64,000 bases of DNA from Methylococcaceae bacterium UBA2778. Lineage in GTDB: Bacteria; Pseudomonadota; Gammaproteobacteria; Methylococcales; UBA2778. Positions within the stretch are counted from its first letter, which is position 1. Each line of letters opens with the position of its first letter. Under the pieces are notes generated by a model, which ran no database searches, was not told where the DNA came from, and was given only the letters and a program-made list of their open reading frames with translations. The translations under genes and the position numbers were made by a program. Location of the stretch: NCBI GenBank assembly GCA_002352385.1, contig DEII01000121.1, positions 19,959-83,958 on the forward strand. Reading direction: 5' to 3'. Of the stretch, positions 46,318 through 57,064 are shown in pieces.

Positions 46318-46608
46318 ATGTTTCAACCGACAAGCCGCTACTTCGAATTGGAAACAGCAACCTTCACCGCACGATCCGGGCGCGAAGTAGCTTACACACG
46401 CCGCCGGTTTCTCCCCGTCGAAACCGAAGGCACGGTATTGGCGGAGCACACCGTCACTCAAGGTGAACGGCTGGATACCATCACCGCCCGCTATCTGGGA
46501 GAAGCGGAGCTCTTCTGGCGGCTGTGTGACGGCAACAACGTCATGCGCCCGCAGGAACTGACCTCGGCGGTCGGCAACCCGATAAAAATTTTCCTGCCGG
46601 AGGCTTAA
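46318..46608 (+). CDS. P2 gpX-like / LysM-like tail protein
   Basis: 96 aa. HTVTQGERLDTITARYLGEAELFWRLCDGNNV is the LysM-like motif of tail protein X homologues. Confidence 0.75.
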   Translation: MFQPTSRYFELETATFTARSGREVAYTRRRFLPVETEGTVLAEHTVTQGERLDTITARYLGEAELFWRLCDGNNVMRPQELTSAVGNPIKIFLPEA

Positions 46609-46617
46609 GGGACACCC

Positions 46618-47775
46618 ATGAACCTTCTCGGTATCCACCTGAAATTGATGATCGGCGGGCGCAGTACCGTTCCGCCCCCTGCCCCGCCCAAGTTAAGCGA
46701 GGCATTGCAAAGTGTGGAAGTCAGCTACAGTGACCAGGGCCGCTCAGGCTTCCAGCTGAGCTTCCGCATTGGCCGTGGTCTGATGGATTTTCTCGATTAT
46801 TCACTGGTAACCGAAAGGCTGCTGAAGCCGATCAACAACCGCGTCATCGTTCTGGTCTATTTCAACGTAACGCGCCACGTGCTCCTGGATGGAATCATCA
46901 CCAACCACCAATTATCGCCCAGCAGCGACCCCGGTGCCGCCACGTTGACGGTGACCGGCGAAGATGTCAGTGTGTTGATGGATCTTGAGGAGCGGCGGCA
47001 ACGACAAGAGCAGTCGGATTCAGATTATGTAGAGAATATTTTAACTAATTATAAAGAGTATCAACTTCATTTGCGTCGTGGCGATATTTCGGAGCGGGCA
47101 AGCCGGACACCCAATGAGCAGGAATCCAAGCCGATGCAAGCAGGGGTTTCGGACCGAGAATACATCGAATCACTCGCCAACCGCTATGGCTATCTGTTCT
47201 ATGTCAAACCGGGCCAAACACCGGGCACCAATGAGGCCTATTGGGGCCCCCCGAATCGCTCCGGTCGGCCGCAAAAAGCGCTGTCAGTGAATATGGGCCC
47301 CCTCACCAACGTCGAATCCGTCAATTTTCAATTCGATGCGCTCGGTCCGACGCAGGTCAGCTTGCTGCAAGACGGTGAAGAGCAGCCGCCGATCGCCCAG
47401 CCATCAGCCGCAAGGCAAGGCAGGCCATTAGCCAGCGAACCCGCCACCGCTCATCGCACCACGGTGTTTGAAGATACCGGCTTGTACGATCAGCAGGCGA
47501 GTGAGACAGGTGCGAGAGACCTGGCCCAGGCACGATTCGACGCTTCGCTGAACGACCCCATCACGGGCTCCGGCGAACTCGATGCGCTGCGTTACGGCGG
47601 CATTCTCGAAATGGGAAAGCTGGTGGACCTGCGCGGTGCCGGCCGCAGCTACGACGGGACTTACTATGTCAAGAGCGTCAGCCATCGAATCGACATCCGC
47701 AAAGGGAGTTACAAGCAAAGTTTCACCCTGACCCGCGAGGGATTCGGCGCCACCAGCATGAGGGTTAGCGTATGA
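46618..47775 (+). CDS. Baseplate hub protein (phage late control gene D / gp27-like)
   Basis: 385 aa. N-terminal LKLMIGGRSTVPPPAP...VEVSYSDQGRSGFQLSF and C-terminal YDGTYYVKSVSHRIDIRKGSYKQSFTLTREG are typical of gpD-like hub proteins. Confidence 0.8.
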   Translation: MNLLGIHLKLMIGGRSTVPPPAPPKLSEALQSVEVSYSDQGRSGFQLSFRIGRGLMDFLDYSLVTERLLKPINNRVIVLVYFNVTRHVLLDGIITNHQLSPSSDPGAATLTVTGEDVSVLMDLEERRQRQEQSDSDYVENILTNYKEYQLHLRRGDISERASRTPNEQESKPMQAGVSDREYIESLANRYGYLFYVKPGQTPGTNEAYWGPPNRSGRPQKALSVNMGPLTNVESVNFQFDALGPTQVSLLQDGEEQPPIAQPSAARQGRPLASEPATAHRTTVFEDTGLYDQQASETGARDLAQARFDASLNDPITGSGELDALRYGGILEMGKLVDLRGAGRSYDGTYYVKSVSHRIDIRKGSYKQSFTLTREGFGATSMRVSV

Positions 47776-48272
47776 CCACAGAGCGTTACTATGGAAAATA
47801 CCGCGGCACGGTGGAAAACAATGTCGATGACAGAGAAACGGGCCGCATCGAAGTCGGTGTGTCGACGGTCATGGGCGCCGGCAACAAGAACTGGGCCATG
47901 CCCTGTGTTCCCTATGCCGGCAACGGCGTCGGCTTGTTCGCGATACCGCCTCGAGGCACCAGCGTCTGGGTCGAGTTCGAAGGCGGCGATCCGGGCCGCC
48001 CCATCTGGACCGGTTGTTTCTGGAACGAAGGCGAGAAGCCGGTGGATCCGTACACGGTTGACAAGAAAGTGCTTAAGACCGCTCAGGGCACCATCACCAT
48101 CAACGATGCTTCCGATTCAGCGGGTATCACCATCGAAACCAACAGCAATCCAAAAATGAAAATCGTCCTGGACAGCAATGGAATAGAGATCAACACCGGA
48201 AACAGCAAAATAATGCTTGCCGCCAACCCCAAGCAGGTCTCGATCAACGACGGCGCATTGGAGGTGATCTGA
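47772..48272 (+). CDS. Spike protein (gpV/gp5/VgrG-like OB-fold plus beta-helix)
   Basis: 166 aa. YYGKYRGTVENNVDDRETGRIEVGVSTVMG...NWAMPCVPYAGNGVGLFAIPPRGTSVWVEFEGGDPGRPIWTGCFW is the canonical baseplate assembly protein V / gp5 N-terminal pattern. Confidence 0.88.
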   Translation: MTTERYYGKYRGTVENNVDDRETGRIEVGVSTVMGAGNKNWAMPCVPYAGNGVGLFAIPPRGTSVWVEFEGGDPGRPIWTGCFWNEGEKPVDPYTVDKKVLKTAQGTITINDASDSAGITIETNSNPKMKIVLDSNGIEINTGNSKIMLAANPKQVSINDGALEVI

Positions 48273-48595
48273 TGCCGGGCTATCTGCTCCACCAAGGGGC
48301 GACAGTTTTGTGCGCACACGGCGGACAAGCGCAGCCGACCGCGGTTAATCCACGGGTGAAGATCAATGGTCAGTCCATCGTGACGCAATCCAATTCCTAT
48401 ACGATATCCGGTTGTTCCCTGCCACCGCCACCGAATGCCAACGGACCTTGTGTGTCGGCGCAATGGACCCGCGGAGCGGTCCGGGTCAAGGCAGGCGGCG
48501 TCCCCGTGCTGCTGCAGGACAGCCAGGCAAGCTGCGCGCCGACGGGAACCGGCTTGACTATTGTGACCACGCAAACCACGGTGAGAGGGACCTGA
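48272..48595 (+). CDS. PAAR-like spike-tip protein (DUF4280-type)
   Basis: 107 aa. MPGYLLHQGATVLCAHGGQAQP... with conserved Cys/His spacing, located directly after the spike gene (TGATG overlap). Confidence 0.75.
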   Translation: MPGYLLHQGATVLCAHGGQAQPTAVNPRVKINGQSIVTQSNSYTISGCSLPPPPNANGPCVSAQWTRGAVRVKAGGVPVLLQDSQASCAPTGTGLTIVTTQTTVRGT

Positions 48596-48958
48596 ATGAA
48601 CATTGACGTCCCTTTTTGCTTCGACAGCCGCGGCCGCACCGCCTCGGACGACGATCATGATCATATCCGCGACATGATCGAACAGTTTCTGTTCACCAAT
48701 CCCGGTGAGCGCGTCAATCGTCCCGAATTCGGCAGCGGCTTGCTGGGCATGGTATTCGAGCCCAACAGTCCCGAGTATGGCGCGGTTTTGCAGCAAGGGA
48801 TCGAAGCGGGCCTGCAGCGTTGGTTGGGCGATCTGATCGAGGTCCGTTCCCTGCAGGTTATCAGCGAAGAGGCGGTGCTGCGGGTGGTTTTGCAGTACGC
48901 GGTACGGCCCAGCGGCGAGGCACGCACGGAGACCTTTCAGCGGAGCATGGCGCCATGA
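48596..48958 (+). CDS. Baseplate wedge protein gp25/GPW-like
   Basis: 120 aa. IRDMIEQFLFTNPGERVNRPEFGSGL matches the GPW/gp25 lysozyme-like fold motif. Confidence 0.88.
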   Translation: MNIDVPFCFDSRGRTASDDDHDHIRDMIEQFLFTNPGERVNRPEFGSGLLGMVFEPNSPEYGAVLQQGIEAGLQRWLGDLIEVRSLQVISEEAVLRVVLQYAVRPSGEARTETFQRSMAP

Positions 48959-51891
48959 ACGAATCGAACTTGATCTGCCTCGACGAGCGGCGGCGCCATC
49001 TGGTCCGCGAAAAAGGGCTGAACGGGCTGGATTATCTGGAAGTCAGCGACGACCAATTGAAGTTGACGGTGTATTTCCTGGCCAAGGCGCCGGAAGATCT
49101 GCAAAAAGAAAATGTTGTCATCAGAGGCGGGCGCCGCATCCGCGGCATTCGGGTGATCGATCTGAGATTGTGTATTCAGGCCGATCCCGCCCGCGATGAC
49201 TGCGTGATCCTCACCGTCGATCGCTTCGGCGACTTCTCTGACTACACCCTTTGTCTCGTGGGTCTGGATGAACAGGGCCGGCCATCGCCTCATGCACTAC
49301 CTGGATTCGATCCCCGCTACGCCTGCCTGGATTTCAGCTTCAAGGCCGGGTGCCCCAGCGATTTGGATTGTAAACCGATCGATGTCTGTCCGTCGCCCGC
49401 GAATGTTGAGCCGGAAATCGACTACCTGGCAAAAGACTACGCCAGTTTTCGTCAGCTGATGCTCGATCGTCTCGCCTTGACCATGCCTGAGTGGCGCGAA
49501 ACGCATGTGCCCGACATCGGGGTTGCGCTGGTGGAGCTGCTGGCCTATACCGGTGACCAGCTCAGCTATTATCAAGACGCCGTCGCCACCGAGGCTTATC
49601 TGGATACGGCGCGGCAACGCATTTCCGTGCGGCGCCATGCGCGGTTGGTGGACTATCACATGCATGAGGGCTGCAATGCACGGGCCTTCGTGTGCGTGGC
49701 AACAGATGCCAGGGTGGACCTCGAACCCGCCGAGCTATTCTTCATCACGGGCAAGGGGCTGGACTTCAACAAGAGATTATTGACGGCGGAGGCGTTGCGC
49801 GGGATTCCGGGCAGCCGCTATGAAGTGTTCGAACCCGCGAATGTCTCGCCGCGAAGTGTCGAGTTCCGGCTAAGCGATCTGAAGTACCCAGGATGTCCGG
49901 CGGTCAAGCTGCGGGACCGGGAAGACCCGATATCCGAATACATCTACGGCACTTTTTCATCGGAAACACAGGGCATGCTGGCGGAGTATACCGGTGACGG
50001 TGCGCGACGACCCGGTGACACTTTGCAAGAAGCGCTGGTGGCCGAGTTCAACCGATTGTTGTACAGGCCAGATCTTTACCATCGGTCCCGTTTCGCGGCA
50101 ATCGAGCTTGGCGACGATATCCGGACTCTCCTCGACTCGAACCCACAGGGCGATGAACTGGCGCGCCTGAACCGGGTTTTGTTGCAGCGAGCGTACCCGC
50201 AGGAACTCGCGACTGTCCGGCAGCCGGATGATCCGATATGTCTGGATCCGGATCACAATGAAATCCGCTTTTATACATGGGGCGATCAGGAGTGCTGCTT
50301 GGGGCGCGGCACGATGAGCGCGGTCCTGGCGGATGCCTGGCTCCCGATGGGCAGGGCGGGTGAAGAAACGACCGATATCGAAGAGTGCCGGCGGCTGCGG
50401 GTCCTGGGCCAACTGCAGCCCGGAGACGTACTGATCTTCGAAGAGATGAAGGGGCCCAAGACAGGCAATCCGGCCGACGCCGATCCGGAACATCGGCACG
50501 CGGTACGCCTGACGCACGTTTTATTCGATATCGACCCGCTCACCCACCAGCCTATCGTACATATCGACTGGGCGGAAGATGACGCGTTACCGTTTCCCTT
50601 GTGCCTGTCCGCCATCGGGCCTGCGCCGGAATGCCCGCTGCTCGAGAACATCAGTCTTGTTCGCGGTAACGTTATTTTGGTCGATCACGGGCGCAGCATC
50701 GGCCCGGAAGACCTCGGCACGGTTGCCGCCGAACCGACCGAACCGCGTTGCGAAGGAGAAGGACAAGCGGCGGAAGTAGAGATCCTTCCTGAGGGCTTTA
50801 CAGCGCAATTGGAGCACGCACCTTTGACGTTTGGCGAGCCTGTCGCAGCGGAGATGCCGGCCTCCGCCATGATGGACCAGTATCCCCGCCAAGCCCTGCC
50901 TCAAATTGCGCTTGCCGCCAAGCGTACGTTGGGAGACAGCGAAATTGTACGGACATGGAGTCCGACCGATGATCTGTTGAACAGTCGGGCCAATGAACGT
51001 CGCTTTGTCGTCGAGCCGGACGGAGAAGGTCGCGGACATCTGCGCTTCGGTGACGGCGAACTCGGACGTCTGCCCGAAGCGGGCACTATATTCCTCGCAA
51101 CCTACCGGACCGGCAATGGCCCTGCCGGCAACGTCGGCGCTGAATCCATCTCCCATCTTGTCCAGCGTTCAACGACACTCAGTGGAGTGCAGCTTACTCC
51201 GCGCAACCCACTGCCCGCCAGGGGCGGGATCGCGCCGGAACCGATGGCCGATGTCAAGCTGTTTGCGCCGCACGCATTTCGCAGCGAAATACAACGCGCC
51301 ATCACCGCACAGGACTATGCACACATTGTCATGCGCGATTTCAAGGCAGAAGCCCAACGAGCCGCGGCCAAGCTTCGCTGGACCGGCAGCTGGGTCGAAG
51401 TGCTTGTCGCGGTCGATCCAAAAGGCGAGGTGAACGCAGACCCGGAACTGTTGAACGAGATCGCAAAACATCTCTACCGCTATCGTCGCATGGGACACGA
51501 CGTTGTCGTTGCACCGGCCCGGTATGTTGCCTTGGCAGTGGAATTGACCGTTTGCGTCCTGCCGAATTATCTGCGTGGCCAGGTCAAGGCGGCCGTACTG
51601 GAGGTCTTGAGCAACCGCATGCGTCCGGATGGAAAGCTTGGCTTTTTCCATCCCGACCGTCTGAGCTTCGGAGAAGGCGTTGCGGCCAGTTCTCTGGTTG
51701 CCGCTGTCCAAAATCTCCCGGGCGTGGAGAGCGTTTTCGTCGACAAATTGAAGCGTCAATTCGAAGATTCGCAGGATCTCCCAGAGGATGGAATTTTACG
51801 TTTTGGACCGCTGGAGGTTGCCCGATTGGACAACGATCCCAACCGGCCTGAAAACGGCGTTTTGCAACTGAAAATGGGGGGTGGAAGATGA
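48955..51891 (+). CDS. Baseplate J-like (gp6-like) wedge protein
   Basis: The ATG at 48955 overlaps the gp25 stop (ATGA), giving 978 aa. It has the N-terminal MNESNLICLDERRRHLVREKGLNGLDYLEV pattern, a central DYASFRQLMLDRL...ELLAYTGDQLSYYQD segment and a C-terminal baseplate J region. The track ORF starts upstream, inside gp25. Confidence 0.85.
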   Translation: MNESNLICLDERRRHLVREKGLNGLDYLEVSDDQLKLTVYFLAKAPEDLQKENVVIRGGRRIRGIRVIDLRLCIQADPARDDCVILTVDRFGDFSDYTLCLVGLDEQGRPSPHALPGFDPRYACLDFSFKAGCPSDLDCKPIDVCPSPANVEPEIDYLAKDYASFRQLMLDRLALTMPEWRETHVPDIGVALVELLAYTGDQLSYYQDAVATEAYLDTARQRISVRRHARLVDYHMHEGCNARAFVCVATDARVDLEPAELFFITGKGLDFNKRLLTAEALRGIPGSRYEVFEPANVSPRSVEFRLSDLKYPGCPAVKLRDREDPISEYIYGTFSSETQGMLAEYTGDGARRPGDTLQEALVAEFNRLLYRPDLYHRSRFAAIELGDDIRTLLDSNPQGDELARLNRVLLQRAYPQELATVRQPDDPICLDPDHNEIRFYTWGDQECCLGRGTMSAVLADAWLPMGRAGEETTDIEECRRLRVLGQLQPGDVLIFEEMKGPKTGNPADADPEHRHAVRLTHVLFDIDPLTHQPIVHIDWAEDDALPFPLCLSAIGPAPECPLLENISLVRGNVILVDHGRSIGPEDLGTVAAEPTEPRCEGEGQAAEVEILPEGFTAQLEHAPLTFGEPVAAEMPASAMMDQYPRQALPQIALAAKRTLGDSEIVRTWSPTDDLLNSRANERRFVVEPDGEGRGHLRFGDGELGRLPEAGTIFLATYRTGNGPAGNVGAESISHLVQRSTTLSGVQLTPRNPLPARGGIAPEPMADVKLFAPHAFRSEIQRAITAQDYAHIVMRDFKAEAQRAAAKLRWTGSWVEVLVAVDPKGEVNADPELLNEIAKHLYRYRRMGHDVVVAPARYVALAVELTVCVLPNYLRGQVKAAVLEVLSNRMRPDGKLGFFHPDRLSFGEGVAASSLVAAVQNLPGVESVFVDKLKRQFEDSQDLPEDGILRFGPLEVARLDNDPNRPENGVLQLKMGGGR

Positions 51892-54848
51892 AACCGGAGC
51901 ATTGTGGCTGTTGTGAAGGCGTGCAGCGTCGGACCCCGCAGGCTTTAGCCAACCGTCCGGGGCTCTCGTCCCTGGCGTATCGCATCGGCACACACAGCAG
52001 CTTTCTCGAGACCATGAAAGCCCGCCTTTCCGATTCGTATGTGGACGTTTGGATCAAGGAAGACGGCGAGGAGGCGCGCTATCTTCAAGCCATGATGAGC
52101 CGTCATCCCGAGGTGGCGGTCGAGCTGCTGCAAGAGCAAGAGACAAAGAAAAAGTATCGCATCTACCGGCTGCACGCGCTGACCACCCGGGATCCCAGCG
52201 ATCCGAGCATCGCTTTGCTCGACGCTTGGGCAACGGTGGCGGATGTGCTTACCTTTTACCAGGAGCGTATCGGCAACGAAGGTTATCTGCTGACCGCAAC
52301 CGAGCGTCGTTCCATCGTGCAGCTCGCAAATCTGGTTGGATACACGTTGAAACCCGGTGTCGCCTCGAGCGCCTTTCTCGCCTTCACCCTGGATAAAGGC
52401 TACAAGACGTCGATCCCCGCAGGCACCCGGGGCCAGAGCATGCCCAACCCAAGCGGATCGCCTCAATCCTTCGAGACATCGGAACCGTTGCAGGCACGCG
52501 AGGAGTGGAGCCGGATCCAGCCACGCCGGACCATGCCGCAGTTTATTACGGATAAAACGCACACGCTTTACCTAAAGGGTGTCGCGACAGGGTTGAAGCC
52601 GAACGATCCGCTGTTGGTCATCGACCGTAGCGGCGAGCAATTCTTTCGTCGGGTGCTGAGTATTGAGCCCGATCCCGAGTCGGATCGCAGCAAAGTGGTG
52701 TTAACCTTATTCGCAGAGGCTGAAATACCCTCTGCGGAACCAAAAAAGGTGTCGCTGACAGAGGCCCTTACCGACCTGATGGGGCCTCTATCCAAATCGC
52801 CGTCGCTGCCGCCCCGCAGCGCGCGGACGCTCAAACGTGCGCCAAAGCAGGTCTACGGCCCATCCGTGGATACCAACCTGAAGCTGTTGAGTGCACTGAA
52901 AAAAGCGCCCGATGTCTACGCGGCGATCGAAGGCGTGACGGCTCAAACCGGACCTGCTCGGGTGTATGCATTTCGCACGACGGCCGCCTTGTTTGGCAAC
53001 AATGTTCCGAAGCAGATTACCTATGCATTGAGAACGAACCAGCCGTTGCCGCCAGAGAACTGGCAGGAATGGCCGATTGCTGATGACGAGAGGTCTAATG
53101 TGGCCTATCTGGACGGTGCCCACGACAAGATCCAACCGGGCAGTTATATCGCAATCAGAACAGTTGACTCAGATGCGCAGGTGTTCGGAAGCGTTACTGT
53201 GCATACCCTTCCTCGCAGCCAGTACGGCATCAGCGCCAAGACCACCAGGATCACATTGCCGGAAGGGGAGACATGGAGGGAGGATCCACCTGATCCGCTC
53301 GAAGATCGTAGGGATTTTTTCACTGAACAAATCCGCGGGACCGTCGTCTACGCCGAAAGCGAACCGCTCGAGCTGGCCGAGGAACCTATCGTAGAGGATA
53401 TCGGCGGGGCAACGATCGAGCTGGACGGTCTATATGAAGGACTCGAAGCGGGGCGCTGGTTGATCGTCTCGGGCGAACGCAGCGATATTGCGGCGAGCCG
53501 CAGCACTGCGAACGGTGACGAAGACAATTCAGAACTCAAGGCCAGCGGCGTCAACGCCAGTGAGCGGGTGATGGTTTCCGGTGTCTCTCACCAACTGCGT
53601 AAGGCTAAGGCGGACCAAAAACAAATCCTTCCGGGCGAAAGCTTTCACACAGTCCTTACGTTGGCAAATGAACTAGCCTACACCTATAAGCGCGACAGCG
53701 TCGTTATCCATGGCAACGTCGTTAAAGCCACGCAAGGTGAAACGCGTCGGGAAATCCTTGGAAACGGCGACGGAGCACGCGCGCGGCAGACGTTTACGCT
53801 GGCTCAGTTGCCATTGACGCATTTGGCGGCGCCCACGCCCGAGGGCGCGCAAAGTACCTTGAAAGTCCGGATCAACGATGTACGCTGGCACGAGTCCGAC
53901 AATCTGTTCACACTTGACGCCAATGCCCGCGGCTACATCACACGCACCGATGACGAGGGCAAAACGAACATCATTTTCGGCGATGGCATCCATGGGGCGC
54001 GCCTCCCCAGCGGCAGTGAGAACATAAGCGCCATGTACCGTTCCGGCATCGGCAAATCAGGCAACGTCGGTGCCAAGCGCATCAGCCTGCTGGCCACCAA
54101 GCCTTTGGGCGTAAAAGCAGTCATCAACCCTCTGCCCGCCACCGGCGGGGCTGATGCCGAAGGCCGCGACCAGGCTCGCGAGAACATACCGCTGGCACTC
54201 ATGGCGCTGGACCGCATCGTTTCTGTGCAAGACTACGCCGATTTCGCACGCAGCTACGCAGGGATTGCAAAAGCGAGCGCCGCCTGCCTTCCCGCTGCTG
54301 ATCGACAGGTGGTTCATGTCACGGTGGCCGGCGTGGATGACATTCCCATCGACAGGGACTCCGAATTGTATCTCAATTTATACCAGGCACTACGCAGATA
54401 TGGTGATCCCCATCAACCGATTCGCCTGGCAACCCGGGAGCTCATGCTGCTGGTGATTTTTGCCGGCGTGCGGGTTCTGCCCGACTATCAATGGGACAAG
54501 GTCGAGCCGCGGGTACGGCAGGCGCTGCTGGATGCTTTTGCCTTCGAGAAGCGGGCGCTCGGCCAGGAGGTGCTGCTGAGCGAAGTCATCGGTGTCATTC
54601 AGGCAGTATCGGGGGTGGCCTATGTGGATGTGGATATTCTCCACGCGGTGTCCGAGGACGTTACACCGGAACATCTGGAAAAACTCGCGGACACTTTAAA
54701 GAGCCAACAGCCAGCCAAACGCATTCCAGTCGGTACGGCCCACATTGCGACAGATGATCACCGCGTGATAAAGCCTGCGCGGCTGGCTTATCTCGATCGA
54801 GAGTTACAGAACGATACCCTTGTTCTCTGGGAGCTGACTCATGAATGA
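51888..54848 (+). CDS. Putative baseplate assembly protein (gp7-like large wedge subunit)
   Basis: 986 aa. The N-terminal CGCCEG...RPGLSSLAYRIGTHSSFLETMKARLS and DPSIALLDAWATVADVLTFYQERI are typical of the large baseplate protein that follows baseplate J in eCIS loci. Confidence 0.8.
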   Translation: MKPEHCGCCEGVQRRTPQALANRPGLSSLAYRIGTHSSFLETMKARLSDSYVDVWIKEDGEEARYLQAMMSRHPEVAVELLQEQETKKKYRIYRLHALTTRDPSDPSIALLDAWATVADVLTFYQERIGNEGYLLTATERRSIVQLANLVGYTLKPGVASSAFLAFTLDKGYKTSIPAGTRGQSMPNPSGSPQSFETSEPLQAREEWSRIQPRRTMPQFITDKTHTLYLKGVATGLKPNDPLLVIDRSGEQFFRRVLSIEPDPESDRSKVVLTLFAEAEIPSAEPKKVSLTEALTDLMGPLSKSPSLPPRSARTLKRAPKQVYGPSVDTNLKLLSALKKAPDVYAAIEGVTAQTGPARVYAFRTTAALFGNNVPKQITYALRTNQPLPPENWQEWPIADDERSNVAYLDGAHDKIQPGSYIAIRTVDSDAQVFGSVTVHTLPRSQYGISAKTTRITLPEGETWREDPPDPLEDRRDFFTEQIRGTVVYAESEPLELAEEPIVEDIGGATIELDGLYEGLEAGRWLIVSGERSDIAASRSTANGDEDNSELKASGVNASERVMVSGVSHQLRKAKADQKQILPGESFHTVLTLANELAYTYKRDSVVIHGNVVKATQGETRREILGNGDGARARQTFTLAQLPLTHLAAPTPEGAQSTLKVRINDVRWHESDNLFTLDANARGYITRTDDEGKTNIIFGDGIHGARLPSGSENISAMYRSGIGKSGNVGAKRISLLATKPLGVKAVINPLPATGGADAEGRDQARENIPLALMALDRIVSVQDYADFARSYAGIAKASAACLPAADRQVVHVTVAGVDDIPIDRDSELYLNLYQALRRYGDPHQPIRLATRELMLLVIFAGVRVLPDYQWDKVEPRVRQALLDAFAFEKRALGQEVLLSEVIGVIQAVSGVAYVDVDILHAVSEDVTPEHLEKLADTLKSQQPAKRIPVGTAHIATDDHRVIKPARLAYLDRELQNDTLVLWELTHE

Positions 54849-57045
54849 AACAAGCGATCGCCTGTATGAACTGCTGCCGGTTGTTTACCGCCAGCGCGAC
54901 GCGGAACAGGGCTGGCCGCTCAAGGCGCTCCTGAGAGTGATCGGCGAGCAGGTGGGTGTGGTGGAGACGGACATCGCCCAGCTTTATGAGAATTGGTTCA
55001 TCGAAACCTGCGAAGATTGGGTGGTGCCGTATATCGGCGACCTGGTGGGCTACCGAATCGTCTATGAAGCGGGCGAACCTGCTGAGCCATCCTCGCCGCA
55101 GGGGCGCTTGCGCAACAGGATTCTGATTCCCCGCCGCGAAGTGGCGAATACGGTTCGCTACCGGCGGCGCAAGGGCACCCTGGCCTTGCTGGAGTTGCTG
55201 GCGAACCATGTCGCCGGCTGGCCGGCACGAGCGGTCGAATTTTACCGGCTGGTCGGTTGCCACCAAGCGGTCAATCATCTGCGGCCCCAGCGCGGGCGTA
55301 CGGTGGATGTTCGCTTAGGCGATGCCTTGGAAAGGCTGGACGGGCCCTTCGATGAACTGGCCCATACCGTCGATGTTCGGCGCATCGATTCCCACCGGAC
55401 ACCCGGGCGCTATAACCTGCCCAATGTCGGCGTATTCGTGTGGCGGTTGAAGTCGTTTTCGGTAACCCAGGCACCGGCCTATTGCATGGAGCCGGTTGGG
55501 GATCATTGCTACACGTTCAGCGTTCTCGGCAACGATGTACCATTATATACCCGTCCTCAGCGCGAGGCTGAACCCACCGATATCGCCGGTGAGCTGAACC
55601 TTCCGATTCCAATTCGCCGGCGCGCGCTGGAACAACGCCTGACCGATTATTATGGCGAAACAAAGAGCTTTCACATCTGGCTGGAGGTTGAGATCCCCTC
55701 CGGTAGCGGCGAATCGGGTGAGGTTCTTGACCGCGTAGCCGTGCCACCGGAAAAAATCATCGTGGCCGACCTGACCGATTGGCAGTATCACCCGATTTCA
55801 GACCGGATTGCGCTCGATCCGGAACTCGGCCGGATATCCTTTTCGCCCAGAGCGCTGCCCAAGGGCGGCGTGTGGGTCTCGTATCGCTATGGCTTCAGCA
55901 CCGGGATGGGCGGCGGAGACTACGCGCGCTCTTCCATCCAGCAAGAAAACGCGAAACGCTACGCCGTGGGTGAAAACCAAGAACACAAAACCTTGACCGA
56001 AGCCTTACGGAAATGGCAAGAGGATTCGGAGACTGATGAAAATTCGCCGCCGAATGCAGTGATCGAGATCACCGACAGCAGCGCGTATGTCGAACACCTG
56101 AAGGTGGTCATTCCGGAAAACCGGAGCCTGCAGATCCGTGCCGCCAACGGGGTGCGCCCGACCCTTCGACTATTGGATTGGCACACGTCGCGTCTGGACG
56201 ATTTGCGGATCACCGGCGAGGCGGGCAGCCGTTTTTCAATCGACGGTTTGCTGATCACGGGCCGAGGGCTGCATGTCGAAGGGGCGGTCGCTGCGGTGGC
56301 TATTCGTCACTGCACCTTGGTGCCCGGCTGGGGCTTTCTATGTGAACCCGAGTCGGCGCGGGCCGTCGAACCCAGCCTCGAGCTGGTGAATACGGGTGCG
56401 TGCGTCACGATAGACCACAGTATTATCGGACCGATCCAGGTGATACAGGATGAAGTCCAAGCCGATCCCATCAAGCTTCACATCAATGACAGCATCATCG
56501 ACGCCACCAGCCGTGAGCGAGAGGTATTGGGTGCGCCGGGCGGCCTATTCGCCCATGCCGATGTCACTATAGTGCGCAGCACCGTCTTCGGGCGCATCGA
56601 AACGCACGTCATCGAGCTGGCGGAAAACAGCATTTTCCTGGGACCGATTCGGGTTGTTCGACGCCAGCGCGGCTGCATGCGTTTTTGTTACGTGATGCCG
56701 CATTCCCGCACCCCCAGGCGTTATTACTGCCAGCCCGATTTGGTCGAAAAACCCATTAAGGATCGATTCGACCCCGACACCTGTTCTGCCGAAGATCGCG
56801 ACCGGGAGATTAACCGTGAACGCCTGCGGGTAAGGCCGCTGCTCAATAGCACACGTTATGGTGATCCGGCCTATTGCCAATTGGCAGACGATTGCGCCGA
56901 CGAAATCAAGCGGGGGGCCGATGATCGGTCCGAAATGGGAGCATTTCACGACCTGTATTCACCGCAGCGGGAAGCCAATCTGCGGGCGCGGCTGAACGAA
57001 TACACGCCGGCCGGTATGGACGTCGGAATAATCACCGCAAGTTAA
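54841..57045 (+). CDS. Phage tail protein (P2 gpI-like N-terminus) with large C-terminal extension
   Basis: 734 aa. RLYELLPVVYRQRDAEQGWPLKALLRVIGEQVGVVETDIAQLYENWFIETCEDWVVPYIGDLVGY is the tail protein I-type N-terminal domain. The remainder is repetitive and beta-rich. Confidence 0.75.
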   Translation: MNETSDRLYELLPVVYRQRDAEQGWPLKALLRVIGEQVGVVETDIAQLYENWFIETCEDWVVPYIGDLVGYRIVYEAGEPAEPSSPQGRLRNRILIPRREVANTVRYRRRKGTLALLELLANHVAGWPARAVEFYRLVGCHQAVNHLRPQRGRTVDVRLGDALERLDGPFDELAHTVDVRRIDSHRTPGRYNLPNVGVFVWRLKSFSVTQAPAYCMEPVGDHCYTFSVLGNDVPLYTRPQREAEPTDIAGELNLPIPIRRRALEQRLTDYYGETKSFHIWLEVEIPSGSGESGEVLDRVAVPPEKIIVADLTDWQYHPISDRIALDPELGRISFSPRALPKGGVWVSYRYGFSTGMGGGDYARSSIQQENAKRYAVGENQEHKTLTEALRKWQEDSETDENSPPNAVIEITDSSAYVEHLKVVIPENRSLQIRAANGVRPTLRLLDWHTSRLDDLRITGEAGSRFSIDGLLITGRGLHVEGAVAAVAIRHCTLVPGWGFLCEPESARAVEPSLELVNTGACVTIDHSIIGPIQVIQDEVQADPIKLHINDSIIDATSREREVLGAPGGLFAHADVTIVRSTVFGRIETHVIELAENSIFLGPIRVVRRQRGCMRFCYVMPHSRTPRRYYCQPDLVEKPIKDRFDPDTCSAEDRDREINRERLRVRPLLNSTRYGDPAYCQLADDCADEIKRGADDRSEMGAFHDLYSPQREANLRARLNEYTPAGMDVGIITAS

Positions 57046-57064
57046 TGACATAAGGAGAAGAACC